From the NCBI GenBank assembly GCA_030017615.1, contig JASEIG010000002.1, positions 11,980-75,979 of the forward strand: DNA of 64,000 nt, written 5' to 3'. A model generated the notes under the pieces. That model was given only the letters and a program-made list of their open reading frames with translations, was not told the origin of the DNA and did not search any database. The first letter of the stretch is position 1. Each line of letters begins with the position of its first letter. This document shows, one piece after another, positions 10,294 to 20,332 of this stretch. The position numbers and the translations under genes were made by a program. This DNA comes from Patescibacteria group bacterium. Lineage in GTDB: Bacteria > Patescibacteriota > Minisyncoccia > UBA6257 > UBA9933.

Positions 10294-11592
10294 ATGAAAA
10301 AAAATAAAAAAAGAAAAAAGAAAAAGAAAATATTCGCGAAAAAAACCGCCGCAAAAAAAAGAAAAATCGCGAAACCGAAAAGGAAAATTACCAAAAAAGT
10401 AAAAAAGAAAATAAGAAAACCGACGAAAATCGCGAAAAAATGGCGCAAAAAAACCAAAAAAACCGGTAGAAAACCAAGATCCGCGGCTAAGTTAAAAACT
10501 AAGGCAAAAAGCGCGGCAAAAATTTTATTTAATAAAGAAAAAGTAGAAGAACTTATTCATCGGGGAAGAAATAAGGGTTTTGTGACCGACACGGAAATTA
10601 TTTACTATTTCCCCAATATTGAGGACGACATTTCCCAGCTTGAAGAGTTATATGATGTTTTGGACAAAAATAACATTAAAGTCATTGAAACGGTGGCTTT
10701 AATTGACTTGCCGAAAGAGGATGGAGCTAAAAAGAAAAAAGATGAAAAACGCTATGAAGCTGACTTGCCAGATTCAGTCCAGCTTTATTTGAAAGAAATC
10801 GGCAGATACCCTCTTTTAACTTTTGCCGAAGAAAAAGATTTGGCGAAAAGAGCTGAAAATAATGATGAGGAAGCAAGGCAGAAACTTATTCAATCCAACT
10901 TAAGATTGGTTGTTTCCATCGCAAAAAGATACGCGCACAGAACGACTCAAATGAATATCTTGGATTTGATTCAGGAAGGAAACATCGGATTGTCAAAAGC
11001 CGTGGATAAATTTGATTACAGACGAGGATTTAAATTTTCCACTTACGCGACTTGGTGGATAAAACAGGCGATTGCCAGAGCGTTGGCGGACCAATCCAGA
11101 ACCGTCAGAATTCCGGTGCATATGATTGAAAATATTTCCAAATATACGCAGGTAAAAAGAAGATTAATGCAGGAACTGGGACGCGACCCTTTGGCGGAAG
11201 AAATCGCGATTGAAATGGGAACTACGGAAGATAAAATTTATAATTTGCAAAAAATTTCGCAGGAAGTTATTTCACTTGAAGCTCCATTGACGGAAGACAA
11301 CGAGGAAGCGACCTTGTCTGACTTGATTAAAGACGAAAAAAATCTTTCTCCAACTCAATCGGCCGAACTGGCGCTCTTGAAAGAAAAAATAAAAGAAATT
11401 TTAATTGACCTTACGCCAAGAGAGCAGGAAATTTTATTGCTTCGCTTCGGATTGGAAGACGGAATTACGCATACTCTGGAAGAAGTGGGGAAAAAATTCG
11501 GAGTTACGCGCGAAAGAATTCGTCAAATTGAAGCAAAATCTTTGGAAAAAATCAAAGTAAATATTAAATCAAAAGAATTGGAAGGATATTAA
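10294..11592 (+). CDS. rpoD: Primary sigma factor (sigma70) with Lys-rich N-terminal extension
   Basis: [62 protein letters not shown]; follows dnaG. Confidence 0.97.
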   Translation: MKKNKKRKKKKKIFAKKTAAKKRKIAKPKRKITKKVKKKIRKPTKIAKKWRKKTKKTGRKPRSAAKLKTKAKSAAKILFNKEKVEELIHRGRNKGFVTDTEIIYYFPNIEDDISQLEELYDVLDKNNIKVIETVALIDLPKEDGAKKKKDEKRYEADLPDSVQLYLKEIGRYPLLTFAEEKDLAKRAENNDEEARQKLIQSNLRLVVSIAKRYAHRTTQMNILDLIQEGNIGLSKAVDKFDYRRGFKFSTYATWWIKQAIARALADQSRTVRIPVHMIENISKYTQVKRRLMQELGRDPLAEEIAIEMGTTEDKIYNLQKISQEVISLEAPLTEDNEEATLSDLIKDEKNLSPTQSAELALLKEKIKEILIDLTPREQEILLLRFGLEDGITHTLEEVGKKFGVTRERIRQIEAKSLEKIKVNIKSKELEGY

Positions 11593-11626
11593 TTCAATAT
11601 ATCGGCGCTTGATATTTTAAATAATT

Positions 11627-13453
11627 ATGAATTCGCGAGAATTAAGAGAAAAATTTTTTGATTTTTTTAAAAAACGTGGGCATACGATTGTAAAATCTTC
11701 TTCTTTAATCCCTGACGATCCGTCGGTTCTTTTAACGACCGCAGGGATGCAGCAATTTAAAAAATATTACACCGGTGAACTTGACGCTATGGACAGTTTC
11801 GGTTCGCAAAGAACCGTTTCAATACAAAAAAGTTTTCGGACAAGCGATATTGAAGAAGTGGGCGACGAAACTCACCTCACTTTTTTTGAAATGTTTGGTA
11901 ATTTTTCATTTGGACCAGTCGGAACGGACAACCCGGAAGACACCGGAAAAATCGGGTATTTTAAAAGAGCGTCAATTTATTGGGCGTATGAATTTATTAC
12001 CAATATTTTAGAAATTTCCGAAAATAGAATTTACGTGTCTGTTTTTGCCGGAGATAAAGAAATTTCTTTTGACCAAGAATCTTATGATATTTGGAAAAAC
12101 GAAATAAAAATTCCTGAAAACAGAATTTTTAAAGGGTCTCGGCAGGATAATTTTTGGGGACCCACCGGAGAAGAAGGGCCATGCGGGCCGTCAACGGAAA
12201 TTTATATCACGCCTTCCGCCGCCGAAGCTGAAGCGGGCAAGGGAGTGGAAATCTGGAATATCGTTTTTAACGAATTTTACAAAAATAAAATCGGAATTTA
12301 TCAAAAAACCGAAAATCTGGGAGTGGATACGGGGATGGGTATGGAAAGACTAGCTGTAATATTACAAGGAGTTAATAATGTTTTTGAAACCGATTTATTC
12401 GTTTCTATTATGGCTAAAATCAATGAATTAACTCCGTCTGCGGACAATAGAATTAAAAGAATCTTGGCGGACCATTTAAGAGGCGCTATATTTTTAGTTG
12501 CTGACGGAGTTTTGCCTTCCAATAAAGAAGCTGGATATGTATTAAGAAGACTACTGAGAAGAATTTTAGCTTATCAGATTGTAAACGACATACATGCCGA
12601 TTTATTTGCCGAAAGCGTGGAAATAATAAAAAATAATTTCGGAGAATTTTATCCCGAATTAAATAAAACAAAAGAAATTCTGAACGTTTTAGAAGAGGAA
12701 AAAGTAAAATTTGAAGAAACAATCGGCAGGGGAATACGTGAAATTGAGAAATACAAAGAGAGCGGAAAAGAAATCAGCGGAAGCGAAGCGTTTTATTTAT
12801 ATGAAACTTTCGGACTGCCGTTTGAATTAATTAAAGAATTGGCGCCGTCCAAATTAACCGCAAATTTAAACAAAGCGGATTTTGACAGGGAATTTGAAAA
12901 ACATCAGGAAATTTCACGAGCGGGAGCCGAAAAAAAATTCGGCGGACACGGATTGATTTTTGACACCGGAGAATTAAAAGCGGCAACCGAAGAAGAAATG
13001 AAAAAAGTTATACGCCTGCATACCGCCACTCATTTATTACAATGGGCATTGCGGCAAGTTTTAGGAAACGAAGTAAAACAAATGGGTTCAGATATTACTT
13101 CTGAAAGATTGCGTTTTGATTTTTCTTTCGGAAGAAAAATAACTCCGGAAGAAATTAAACAGGTTGAAAATTTAGTAAATGAAAAAATTAATCTAAATCT
13201 TCCCGTTTACTTTGAAGAAATGAGTAAGGAAGAAGCGGAAAAATCGGGCGCGCTGGCGTTTTTCAGGCAAAAATATCCGTCTGTGGTTAAAGTTTATTTT
13301 ATCGGTTTCAAAGCGAGCGGAGAAATAATCAGCAAAGAACTTTGCGGAGGTCCGCACGTGGAATATACATCCGAGATTGGAAAGTTTAAAATAATTAAAG
13401 AAGAATCGGTGGGAATGGGTATCAGAAGAATTAAAACGATACTCAGCAATTAA
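11627..13453 (+). CDS. alaS: Alanine--tRNA ligase, short form lacking the C-Ala domain
   Basis: TTAGMQQFK, HLTFFEMFGNFS, DTGMGMER, editing HTATH and ELCGGPH; ends right after GIRRI. Confidence 0.96.
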   Translation: MNSRELREKFFDFFKKRGHTIVKSSSLIPDDPSVLLTTAGMQQFKKYYTGELDAMDSFGSQRTVSIQKSFRTSDIEEVGDETHLTFFEMFGNFSFGPVGTDNPEDTGKIGYFKRASIYWAYEFITNILEISENRIYVSVFAGDKEISFDQESYDIWKNEIKIPENRIFKGSRQDNFWGPTGEEGPCGPSTEIYITPSAAEAEAGKGVEIWNIVFNEFYKNKIGIYQKTENLGVDTGMGMERLAVILQGVNNVFETDLFVSIMAKINELTPSADNRIKRILADHLRGAIFLVADGVLPSNKEAGYVLRRLLRRILAYQIVNDIHADLFAESVEIIKNNFGEFYPELNKTKEILNVLEEEKVKFEETIGRGIREIEKYKESGKEISGSEAFYLYETFGLPFELIKELAPSKLTANLNKADFDREFEKHQEISRAGAEKKFGGHGLIFDTGELKAATEEEMKKVIRLHTATHLLQWALRQVLGNEVKQMGSDITSERLRFDFSFGRKITPEEIKQVENLVNEKINLNLPVYFEEMSKEEAEKSGALAFFRQKYPSVVKVYFIGFKASGEIISKELCGGPHVEYTSEIGKFKIIKEESVGMGIRRIKTILSN

Positions 13454-13463
13454 TAAACAAAAT

Positions 13464-13850
13464 ATGATAAAAACAATTATAAAATTTTTTGACAAATTAG
13501 AAGACAAAGTAAGAGAAAAATTAAGTCGCAAGCCGATTTTATACGCTTTAGTTGGAAGCATCGGTATAATTTTATTATGGCGTGGCGTTTGGCATCTGGC
13601 TGACGATGTCGGAATGTCCAGTTGGATATCTGTGATTTCAGGAATTTTAATACTTCTTTTGATAGGATTGTTTGTTTCATTTTTTGTCGGAGAACAAACG
13701 ATTATAAGCGGAATTAAAGCCGAACGTAAAATTGACGAAAAAACCGAAGAAGAAATTAAAAAAGAAGCCATTACACTGGAAGAATTACACGAAGACATTG
13801 AAGAAATAAAAGATAAAATAGGAATTCAAAAAAACAAAGAAAACAAATGA
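13464..13850 (+). CDS. Hypothetical membrane protein (2 TM plus C-terminal coiled coil)
   Basis: 128-aa ORF, two hydrophobic segments, co-oriented with alaS. Confidence 0.8.
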   Translation: MIKTIIKFFDKLEDKVREKLSRKPILYALVGSIGIILLWRGVWHLADDVGMSSWISVISGILILLLIGLFVSFFVGEQTIISGIKAERKIDEKTEEEIKKEAITLEELHEDIEEIKDKIGIQKNKENK

Positions 13851-13915
13851 TTTTGCCTTGAAAATTATTCGTGTTTTGATAAACTGTAAAAGTTAAAAAA
13901 ATAAAATAAAAACAT

Positions 13916-13990
13916 TCCGCGGTAGCTCAATGGTAGAGCAACGCCCTGTTAAGGCGATGGTTGTAGGTTCGAGTCCTACCCGCGGAGCCA
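13916..13990 (+). tRNA. tRNA-Asn(GTT)
   Basis: Acceptor TCCGCGG/CCGCGGA, D-arm GCTCAATGGTAGAGC, anticodon loop CTGTTAA, T-loop TTCGAGT, encoded CCA. Confidence 0.97.
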
Positions 13991-14002
13991 AAGAATACGA
14001 TG

Positions 14003-14043
14003 CGAACTTCCGATTTTCCGAAAAAATCGGATTTTCGTTTTTT
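14003..14043 (+). terminator. Terminator after tRNA-Asn
   Basis: TCCGATTTT...AAAATCGGA stem followed by T-run. Confidence 0.6.
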
Positions 14044-14137
14044 AGGGACGATTGTTCAACCCAGCCCCGCCTTCGCCAAAGATACGGACGGATAAGGAAA
14101 TGGGGACGAAAGGGGTAATAAGTGATAAAATGGAGTT

Positions 14138-14614
14138 ATGAGAATAAATAATTTTTTCAAATTGGTTATTGCGATTGTGGTGTCGGAAGCGGCCGGAATT
14201 ATCGGGTCGTTTTTTACGATCTCGGCAATTCCAAATTAGTGATCAATACTTGTGAAGTCGGCGTTGAATCCGCCTGCTTAGGTATTCGGTCCCGCGTGAA
14301 CAACGCTTTATGCGTTGATGGGTATCGCCGCATTTTTGATATGGCGCATGGGTTGGAAACGGAAAGAGGTAAAAGCGGCGCTTGGCGTGTTCGGTATCCA
14401 GCTTTTCTTAAACGCTGTTTGGTCAATTATTTTCTTTGGTTTGCAAAATCCTGGCTGGGCACTCGTTGATATCGTGGCACTCTGGTTTGCAATCGTTTGG
14501 ACGATGGTTGTTTTTTATAAAATCTCGAAGCCAGCCACATATCTTCTCGTGCCGTATATTCTTTGGGTAAGTTTCGCCATATATTTAAACTACACGATCT
14601 GGGCTTTAAATTGA
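14138..14614 (+). pseudogene. tspO: TspO/MBR tryptophan-rich sensory protein with four in-frame stops
   Basis: One frame from ATG 14138: ...SAIPN**SILVKSALNPPA*VFGPA*TTLYALMGIAA...QLFLNAVWSIIFFG...LLVPYILWVSFAIYLN; stops at 14237, 14240, 14279, 14297. Confidence 0.88.
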
Positions 14615-14620
14615 AAAAAA

Positions 14621-15085
14621 ATGACCACATACAAACACACTCAAATTGGGTATCTGATGCTGATTGTCTTACTGGTCGTGCTGGTTCTCTTTGTATGGAT
14701 GCAAATTACAGCCCGCGCCGAGCCTCCCTCGTACTACTCCGGCACAAATTTTGCCATTACTGCCATAATGGCATTGATTCTGTTTATTCTTGCATCGTTT
14801 ACAACACTGACAACATCCATTGACGAAAACTATCTTCGGATCAAGTTTGGCTATGTCATATTTCGCAAAAAATTCTCGGCAAGTGAGATTGTGTCAACGG
14901 CACAGGTAAAAAACCATTGGTATTATGGCTGGGACATACGGCTGTGGTTTTGGCCGCGGATGTGGATTTTTAATGTTTCCGTTTTTGACGCGGTTGAAAT
15001 TCGAATGAAGAACGGAAAAATCTACCGGATCGGAACGGATGAACCGGAAAAACTTGAGACCGCGATTAAGCAAGTCATAAGTTAA
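14621..15085 (+). CDS. Hypothetical membrane protein (2 TM plus PH-like domain)
   Basis: YKHTQIG start, two TM helices, WYYGW, DAVEI, YRIGTDEPE C-terminus. Confidence 0.8.
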   Translation: MTTYKHTQIGYLMLIVLLVVLVLFVWMQITARAEPPSYYSGTNFAITAIMALILFILASFTTLTTSIDENYLRIKFGYVIFRKKFSASEIVSTAQVKNHWYYGWDIRLWFWPRMWIFNVSVFDAVEIRMKNGKIYRIGTDEPEKLETAIKQVIS

Positions 15086-15089
15086 GTAA

Positions 15090-15111
15090 ACCTGCCTGCC
15101 GGCAGGCAGGT
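15090..15111. repeat. 22-bp perfect palindrome (REP-like dispersed element)
   Basis: ACCTGCCTGCCGGCAGGCAGGT is its own reverse complement. Confidence 0.8.
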
Positions 15112-15426
15112 CACGCCAAGCGTTTATTTTTATTCAAACCGGTTGGTAGTAGTGGAAACCTGGTGAAACAAGCTCGTGTCTGCGGCACAAAGCTCGCCAC
15201 AGGGGCAATTAGAGGGCAACGACGGGTTGATTGTCTCTTGGCATTCGGCAAGCAGTTGGTTCATATGGGTTAAAATAACGGTGGGATATTTGTATTCTTC
15301 CGCCCAATCAAATGTTCGAAAGTCATCGAGCGGGATGAGTCAAATTGTATGTTGAAAGTTTGTTGCCTTGGCGCTTCGCGCCGTTATATCTGGATTAAAA
15401 AATAAAATTCAGAGATAATTAAATCA

Positions 15427-16008
15427 ATGGATATTTTTTCTCACGGTCTTTGGGCGGGAGCCGCGTATAAAGCTCTTCGGCAAAAGCAAATTCAATATAA
15501 AAATAAAAATCTTTTAAAACCGCTTCAAGCCGCGTTTTGGGGAATTTTCCCCGATATTTTTTCTTTCACGCCGGTTTTTATTTGGCTTTTTGGAAATTTA
15601 GTTTTAGGCACCATTGATTTTCAAAATCTTCCCAAACCTGACGGGATAGAGCCTGCCCAAAAAGATACTTTGCCGATTTTCCGTCTCACTTCAATGCTTT
15701 ATAATGCAAGTCATAGTATTATTATTTTTCTGATTGTGTTTGGTTTTGCGCTGATTATAAAACGGATATTATTTTCCGAAAATCAAATAATGACATGGGA
15801 AATGGGGGCGTGGCTTTTTCATATTTCAATAGATATCCCGACGCACTCCTACCAATTCTATCCCACACCGTTTTTATGGCCAATTTCCGACTGGAAATTT
15901 AACGGATTTTCTTGGGGAACTCCATGGTTTATGATTATTAATTATTCGGCGCTTGCGGTTGTTTATATTATTTTAAGTAAAAAAATATCTGTTAAGAATA
16001 GGCAATGA
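15427..16008 (+). CDS. Membrane-bound metal-dependent hydrolase (YdjM/DUF457-like)
   Basis: N-terminal SHGLW, FPD, SHS, HISIDIPTH, PFLWP motifs with TM segments. Confidence 0.75.
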   Translation: MDIFSHGLWAGAAYKALRQKQIQYKNKNLLKPLQAAFWGIFPDIFSFTPVFIWLFGNLVLGTIDFQNLPKPDGIEPAQKDTLPIFRLTSMLYNASHSIIIFLIVFGFALIIKRILFSENQIMTWEMGAWLFHISIDIPTHSYQFYPTPFLWPISDWKFNGFSWGTPWFMIINYSALAVVYIILSKKISVKNRQ

Positions 16009-17093
16009 CGATATTCCCAAAAAAAATAATATTCACGCTTGTAATTTTAACCGTTATTGTCGGATTTTTTATTTATAAAACAAATCTGATAGTAATAGAA
16101 AATCTGGATAAAAATTCCACTTTAGCCGCGCAAACAACAGCGCCCGCAATAACGCCTAAAAAAATACCTGAACAAATAAAAGCTGTTTATGTTACCGCTC
16201 CGGTCGCTTTAATTCCTTCAAGAATAAATCAATTAATAGAACTCGTAAAAACAACCGAAGTCAACGCTATGGTTATTAATGTGAAAGACGGGGATGATGT
16301 TTATTTAACCGACCAAATGGCAAACTTAGTAAAACGACTCGCGGACGAGAATATTTATACAATCGCGCGCATCGTGGTGTTTCAAGACAACGCGCTTGCC
16401 AAACATAAACCAGAAACAGCGCTTCGAGATTCATCGGGCGGAATTTGGGACGGAAACGGCTATAAATGGGTTGACCCGGCAAATAAAGAAGTGTGGAATT
16501 ACAACCTTAATATCGCTCTAAAAGCCGCAGAAATGGGTTTTGACGAGCTTAATTTTGATTACTTCAGATTTCCATCCGATGGAAAAATTTCAAAAATAAT
16601 TTATCCCTCGTATAATGAAAAAACTCCAAAAGAACAAATTATAAACAGTTTTGCCGATTTTTTGATAAGCGAAATTAAAAAAGCGCGCCCCAATATAATC
16701 GTTTCTTTGGATATTTTTGGATATACGTTTGTAACCGAAAAAGATTTGGGTATCGGACAGAGATTAATTGATTTGACAAATTATTTTGATGTAATTTCTC
16801 CTATGGTTTATCCGTCGCATTATTTAAAAGGAAATTTTGGCTTTAAAAATCCGGCCGAACATCCTTACGAAGTTGTGTTGGAATCGCTTAAAAAAGGCGA
16901 CGAGATATTGAATAAATCCGCCAAGAAACCCGTGATACGCCCGTGGTTGCAGGATTTTGATTTGGGAGCCGATTACACTCCGCAAATGGTGCGCGCGCAA
17001 ATAAAAGCCGTTGAAGACAGTAATAATAAAAAGGGATGGATGGTTTGGAATCCCAGCGTTGTTTATAATCCGGATAATTTTCTTTCGGAATAA
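16005..17093 (+). CDS. Putative glycoside hydrolase (DUF4015-like), N-terminal anchor
   Basis: IARIVVFQD, WVDP, GFDELNFDYFRFP, PMVYPSHY, RPWLQDF. Confidence 0.85.
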   Translation: MTIFPKKIIFTLVILTVIVGFFIYKTNLIVIENLDKNSTLAAQTTAPAITPKKIPEQIKAVYVTAPVALIPSRINQLIELVKTTEVNAMVINVKDGDDVYLTDQMANLVKRLADENIYTIARIVVFQDNALAKHKPETALRDSSGGIWDGNGYKWVDPANKEVWNYNLNIALKAAEMGFDELNFDYFRFPSDGKISKIIYPSYNEKTPKEQIINSFADFLISEIKKARPNIIVSLDIFGYTFVTEKDLGIGQRLIDLTNYFDVISPMVYPSHYLKGNFGFKNPAEHPYEVVLESLKKGDEILNKSAKKPVIRPWLQDFDLGADYTPQMVRAQIKAVEDSNNKKGWMVWNPSVVYNPDNFLSE

Positions 17094-17140
17094 AAATTAT
17101 TTTTTGACTTTCTGACATCAAGTTTTATAATATATAACTA

Positions 17141-17656
17141 ATGGATAAAAATATTTTTTTGGCGATGTTTTTAATAATTCTTGTTTTTATCGGCGGTTAT
17201 TATTTTGCCAACCGCTTTGATTTTAATATCAATATGAAAAATAATGTCGGTAATCAAGAACAACCGCAAAATTCCACAACAAGCCAAAATAATGTAAATA
17301 ATCAAATGTTGACAAATAATAATTTTGAGCAAAAGGGTCCGAAAATAGAAGTTATCAAACAAGGAGAGGGGATAGCGGCTAAAAGCGGCGATAAAGTTAC
17401 GGTGCATTATACCGGCGTATTGGAAGACGGAAAAAAGTTTGATTCAAGTATAGACAGGGAACAGCCGTTTCAATTTACTTTAGGCGCGGGACAAGTAATT
17501 AAAGGATGGGATTTGGGCGTATTGGGAATGAAAGTCGGGGAAAAAAGAAAATTAATTATTTCTCCCGATTTGGGATATGGGGCTAACGGATTTCCGGGGG
17601 CTATTCCGCCCAACGCCACTCTTATTTTTGAAGTGGAGATGTTGAAAATTAACTGA
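17141..17656 (+). CDS. FKBP-type peptidyl-prolyl isomerase, membrane anchored
   Basis: [29 protein letters not shown]; N-terminal TM. Confidence 0.96.
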   Translation: MDKNIFLAMFLIILVFIGGYYFANRFDFNINMKNNVGNQEQPQNSTTSQNNVNNQMLTNNNFEQKGPKIEVIKQGEGIAAKSGDKVTVHYTGVLEDGKKFDSSIDREQPFQFTLGAGQVIKGWDLGVLGMKVGEKRKLIISPDLGYGANGFPGAIPPNATLIFEVEMLKIN

Positions 17657-17770
17657 TATATGTTTTTTAATTTTTGACATTGGCTTATAATTTAAGTATT
17701 ATGCAAAAGCAGGTGATTTATTGCCCAAGCGGGCTTTTTTTATTGAAACATTTAATTTGCAATTATTTAT

Positions 17771-19615
17771 ATGAATTTAAGAAATATCGCAATAATCGCG
17801 CATGTTGACCATGGCAAAACCACTTTGGTGGATGCCTTATTAAAGCAATCTGAAAATTTTAAAATGAAAAATAATACACCGTCCGATTTAATAATGGATT
17901 CCAATGATTTGGAAAGAGAAAGAGGAATTACTATTTTTTCAAAAAACGCGGCTATAAAATACAACGGCATTAAAGTGAATATTGTGGATACTCCGGGACA
18001 CGCCGACTTTGGCGGAGAAGTTGAGCGGATAATGAGAATGGTTGACGGAGTTTTGCTTTTGGTTGACGCAAAAGAAGGGCCAATGCCTCAAACTAAATTT
18101 GTTCTGCGAAAAGCCATTCAGGCGGGACATAAAGCGATTGTGGTTATAAATAAAATAGACAAACAGGACGCGCGTCCGCAATGGGCGCTTAATCAAACTT
18201 ACGACCTTTTTATAGAATTGGGAGCAACCGATGAGCAAGTTGATTTTCCGGTAATTTATACTTCCGCGATTCAAGGTAAGGCCGGCCTAGAACCGAACTT
18301 AAACAGAATGGTTGATATTCAGCCTCTTTTTGAAACCATTATTAATCATATTCCCTTTCCTAAAATTGACGAAAATAAGCCGCTGCAAATGCTTACTGTA
18401 AATTTGTCTTATGATAATTATAAGGGAAAAATCGCGATTGGAAGATTATATTCGGGAAATTTAAAAAAGGGGGATTGGGTTATGCACATTAACCGCAACG
18501 GCGAAATGAAAAAAGTACAATTAAATTCAGTAATGATTTTTGAAGGTTTGAATAAAATTAACGCTGAAAAAGCGCAAGCCGGAGAAGTTGTCGCTATCGC
18601 CGGAATCCCCGATATATCCATTGGAGAAACAATTACTTCAATTGACAATCCGATGCCGTTGCCGACTATTGCCATAGATGAACCCACCATTAAAATGACT
18701 TTTGGCGTAAATACTTCTCCTTTTTCCGGAAAAGAAGGGCAATATACAACTTCAAGAAATATCAAAGAAAGGCTGGAAAAAAAATTGGAAACAGATGTCG
18801 CTTTAAAAATAAATCAGCCGTCGCCTGATAAATGGATTGTTGCCGGAAGAGGAGAACTGCATTTGGCAATTTTAATTGAAAAGATGCGAAGAGAAGGTTT
18901 TGAACTTGAAGTTTCAAAACCGCAGGTAATTTTTAAAGAATGTCCCGATGAAAAAACAGGGAAAATTAAAAAACTGGAGCCTGTTGAATTGGTTTCAATT
19001 GAAACGCCGGAAAACTTTTCCGGAATCGTGATAGAAATTATGGGAAAAAGATTGGGAATAATAAAAGATATGAAAGTTGATAACGGACACGCTTTTATGG
19101 ATTTCACAATTCCCACAAGAGGACTCATCGGAATTAAAAATGAATTTCTTGCGGCGACAAAAGGATTGGGAATAATGAACAGTATTTTTTTGGGATATGA
19201 AGAATATAAGGGCGAATATGCCGCCAATTCGCGCGGTTCTCTTGTCGCTTCGGAATCGGGAATATCAAACGCTTATGGAATGATTACCGCGCAAGGACGA
19301 GGACAATTATTCATAGAACCCGCAATAAATGTTTATGAAGGAATGGTTGTGGGACAAAACGCCAAAGCGGGGGATATTATGGTAAATATCTGTAAAACGA
19401 AAGAACTTTCCAATATGCGGTCCAAAAATATGGGAGTCCAAGAACAATTAGAGGTCCCGAAAAAAATGGATTTGGAAGACGCGCTGGATTATATCGGAGA
19501 TGACGAACTTGTGGAAGTTACTCCGCAAAATATAAGAATAAGAAAATCTATGCTGTTGGAAATTGACAGAAAAAAAGCGAAAAGAACCGGCAATCTTGAA
19601 AAAAAGTTAGTTTAA
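17771..19615 (+). CDS. typA: Translational GTPase TypA/BipA
   Basis: AHVDHGKTTLVD, ERGITI, DTPGHADFGGEVER, GRGELHL, DDELVEVTP. Confidence 0.98.
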   Translation: MNLRNIAIIAHVDHGKTTLVDALLKQSENFKMKNNTPSDLIMDSNDLERERGITIFSKNAAIKYNGIKVNIVDTPGHADFGGEVERIMRMVDGVLLLVDAKEGPMPQTKFVLRKAIQAGHKAIVVINKIDKQDARPQWALNQTYDLFIELGATDEQVDFPVIYTSAIQGKAGLEPNLNRMVDIQPLFETIINHIPFPKIDENKPLQMLTVNLSYDNYKGKIAIGRLYSGNLKKGDWVMHINRNGEMKKVQLNSVMIFEGLNKINAEKAQAGEVVAIAGIPDISIGETITSIDNPMPLPTIAIDEPTIKMTFGVNTSPFSGKEGQYTTSRNIKERLEKKLETDVALKINQPSPDKWIVAGRGELHLAILIEKMRREGFELEVSKPQVIFKECPDEKTGKIKKLEPVELVSIETPENFSGIVIEIMGKRLGIIKDMKVDNGHAFMDFTIPTRGLIGIKNEFLAATKGLGIMNSIFLGYEEYKGEYAANSRGSLVASESGISNAYGMITAQGRGQLFIEPAINVYEGMVVGQNAKAGDIMVNICKTKELSNMRSKNMGVQEQLEVPKKMDLEDALDYIGDDELVEVTPQNIRIRKSMLLEIDRKKAKRTGNLEKKLV

Positions 19616-19795
19616 TAATAAGGGCAATTTCGGTTTCGTCTATTAATTTTATTTATATACATTGATTTTTATTATTTTAATTTTATAGCCGTACATTTAT
19701 ATGAATTTAGATTTCCCCGAAAATTTAAAATATAATTGGTGTATTACTTAGTTTAAAACTTTAAAATGGCTTTTCTTTTTTCAAATACAAAAAAT

Positions 19796-19823
19796 TTGCA
19801 TTTTATTGGATTAGTTGTATACT
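19796..19823 (+). promoter_or_regulatory. Probable sigma70 promoter of the RRM gene
   Basis: TTGCAT-16 nt-TATACT. Confidence 0.55.
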
Positions 19824-19935
19824 TAATCAGGTAGGTATTTTTCTCAATTAGTTTCCTAAACAGTCCGGTGATAAACTTGAGGCTTGGGCAGCAAACTGAG
19901 CGAGCGGTCGCCCTACTTTAAAACACATTAAAAAA

Positions 19936-20262
19936 ATGGCTAAAAAGCTATATGTTGGAGGTTTATCATACGGAACCAGCGAAGATACTTTAAAAAGCAC
20001 TTTTGAGCAAGCCGGAGAAGTTACTTCCGCCGCCATTATCACCGACAAAATGACAGGCCGATCCAGAGGATTTGGTTTTGTTGAAATGGCGAATGATGAT
20101 GAAGCGGATAAAGCTGTTGAAATGTTCAACGGAAAAGAGCTTGATGGAAGAACTCTTATGGTAAATGAAGCTCGCCCCATGGAAGCAAGAGCTCCGCGAA
20201 AACCCTTTAATAGAGATAATAGAGGCGGATTCGGAGGAGGACAAAGAGGCGGATACAGATAA
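19936..20262 (+). CDS. RNA-binding protein (RRM) with RGG tail
   Basis: RNP2 KLYVGGL, RNP1 RGFGFVEM, Gly/Arg-rich C-terminus. Confidence 0.96.
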   Translation: MAKKLYVGGLSYGTSEDTLKSTFEQAGEVTSAAIITDKMTGRSRGFGFVEMANDDEADKAVEMFNGKELDGRTLMVNEARPMEARAPRKPFNRDNRGGFGGGQRGGYR

Positions 20263-20274
20263 ACTCATCAATTA

Positions 20275-20300
20275 AAAACCGCCCCGAAAGGGGCGGTTTT
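20275..20300 (+). terminator. Intrinsic terminator after RRM gene
   Basis: AAAACCGCCCC-gaaa-GGGGCGGTTTT. Confidence 0.85.
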
Positions 20301-20332
20301 GCGATTAAACAAAGATGAGTTATAATTAAATT

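Noticed and set aside
14237-14299. Alternative genetic code (TGA or TAG recoding) to explain the tspO stops
   Set aside because: TGA and TAG end normal genes in this window (adk, ctpA and murF with TGA; map and greA with TAG) and all long core genes are open in code 11.
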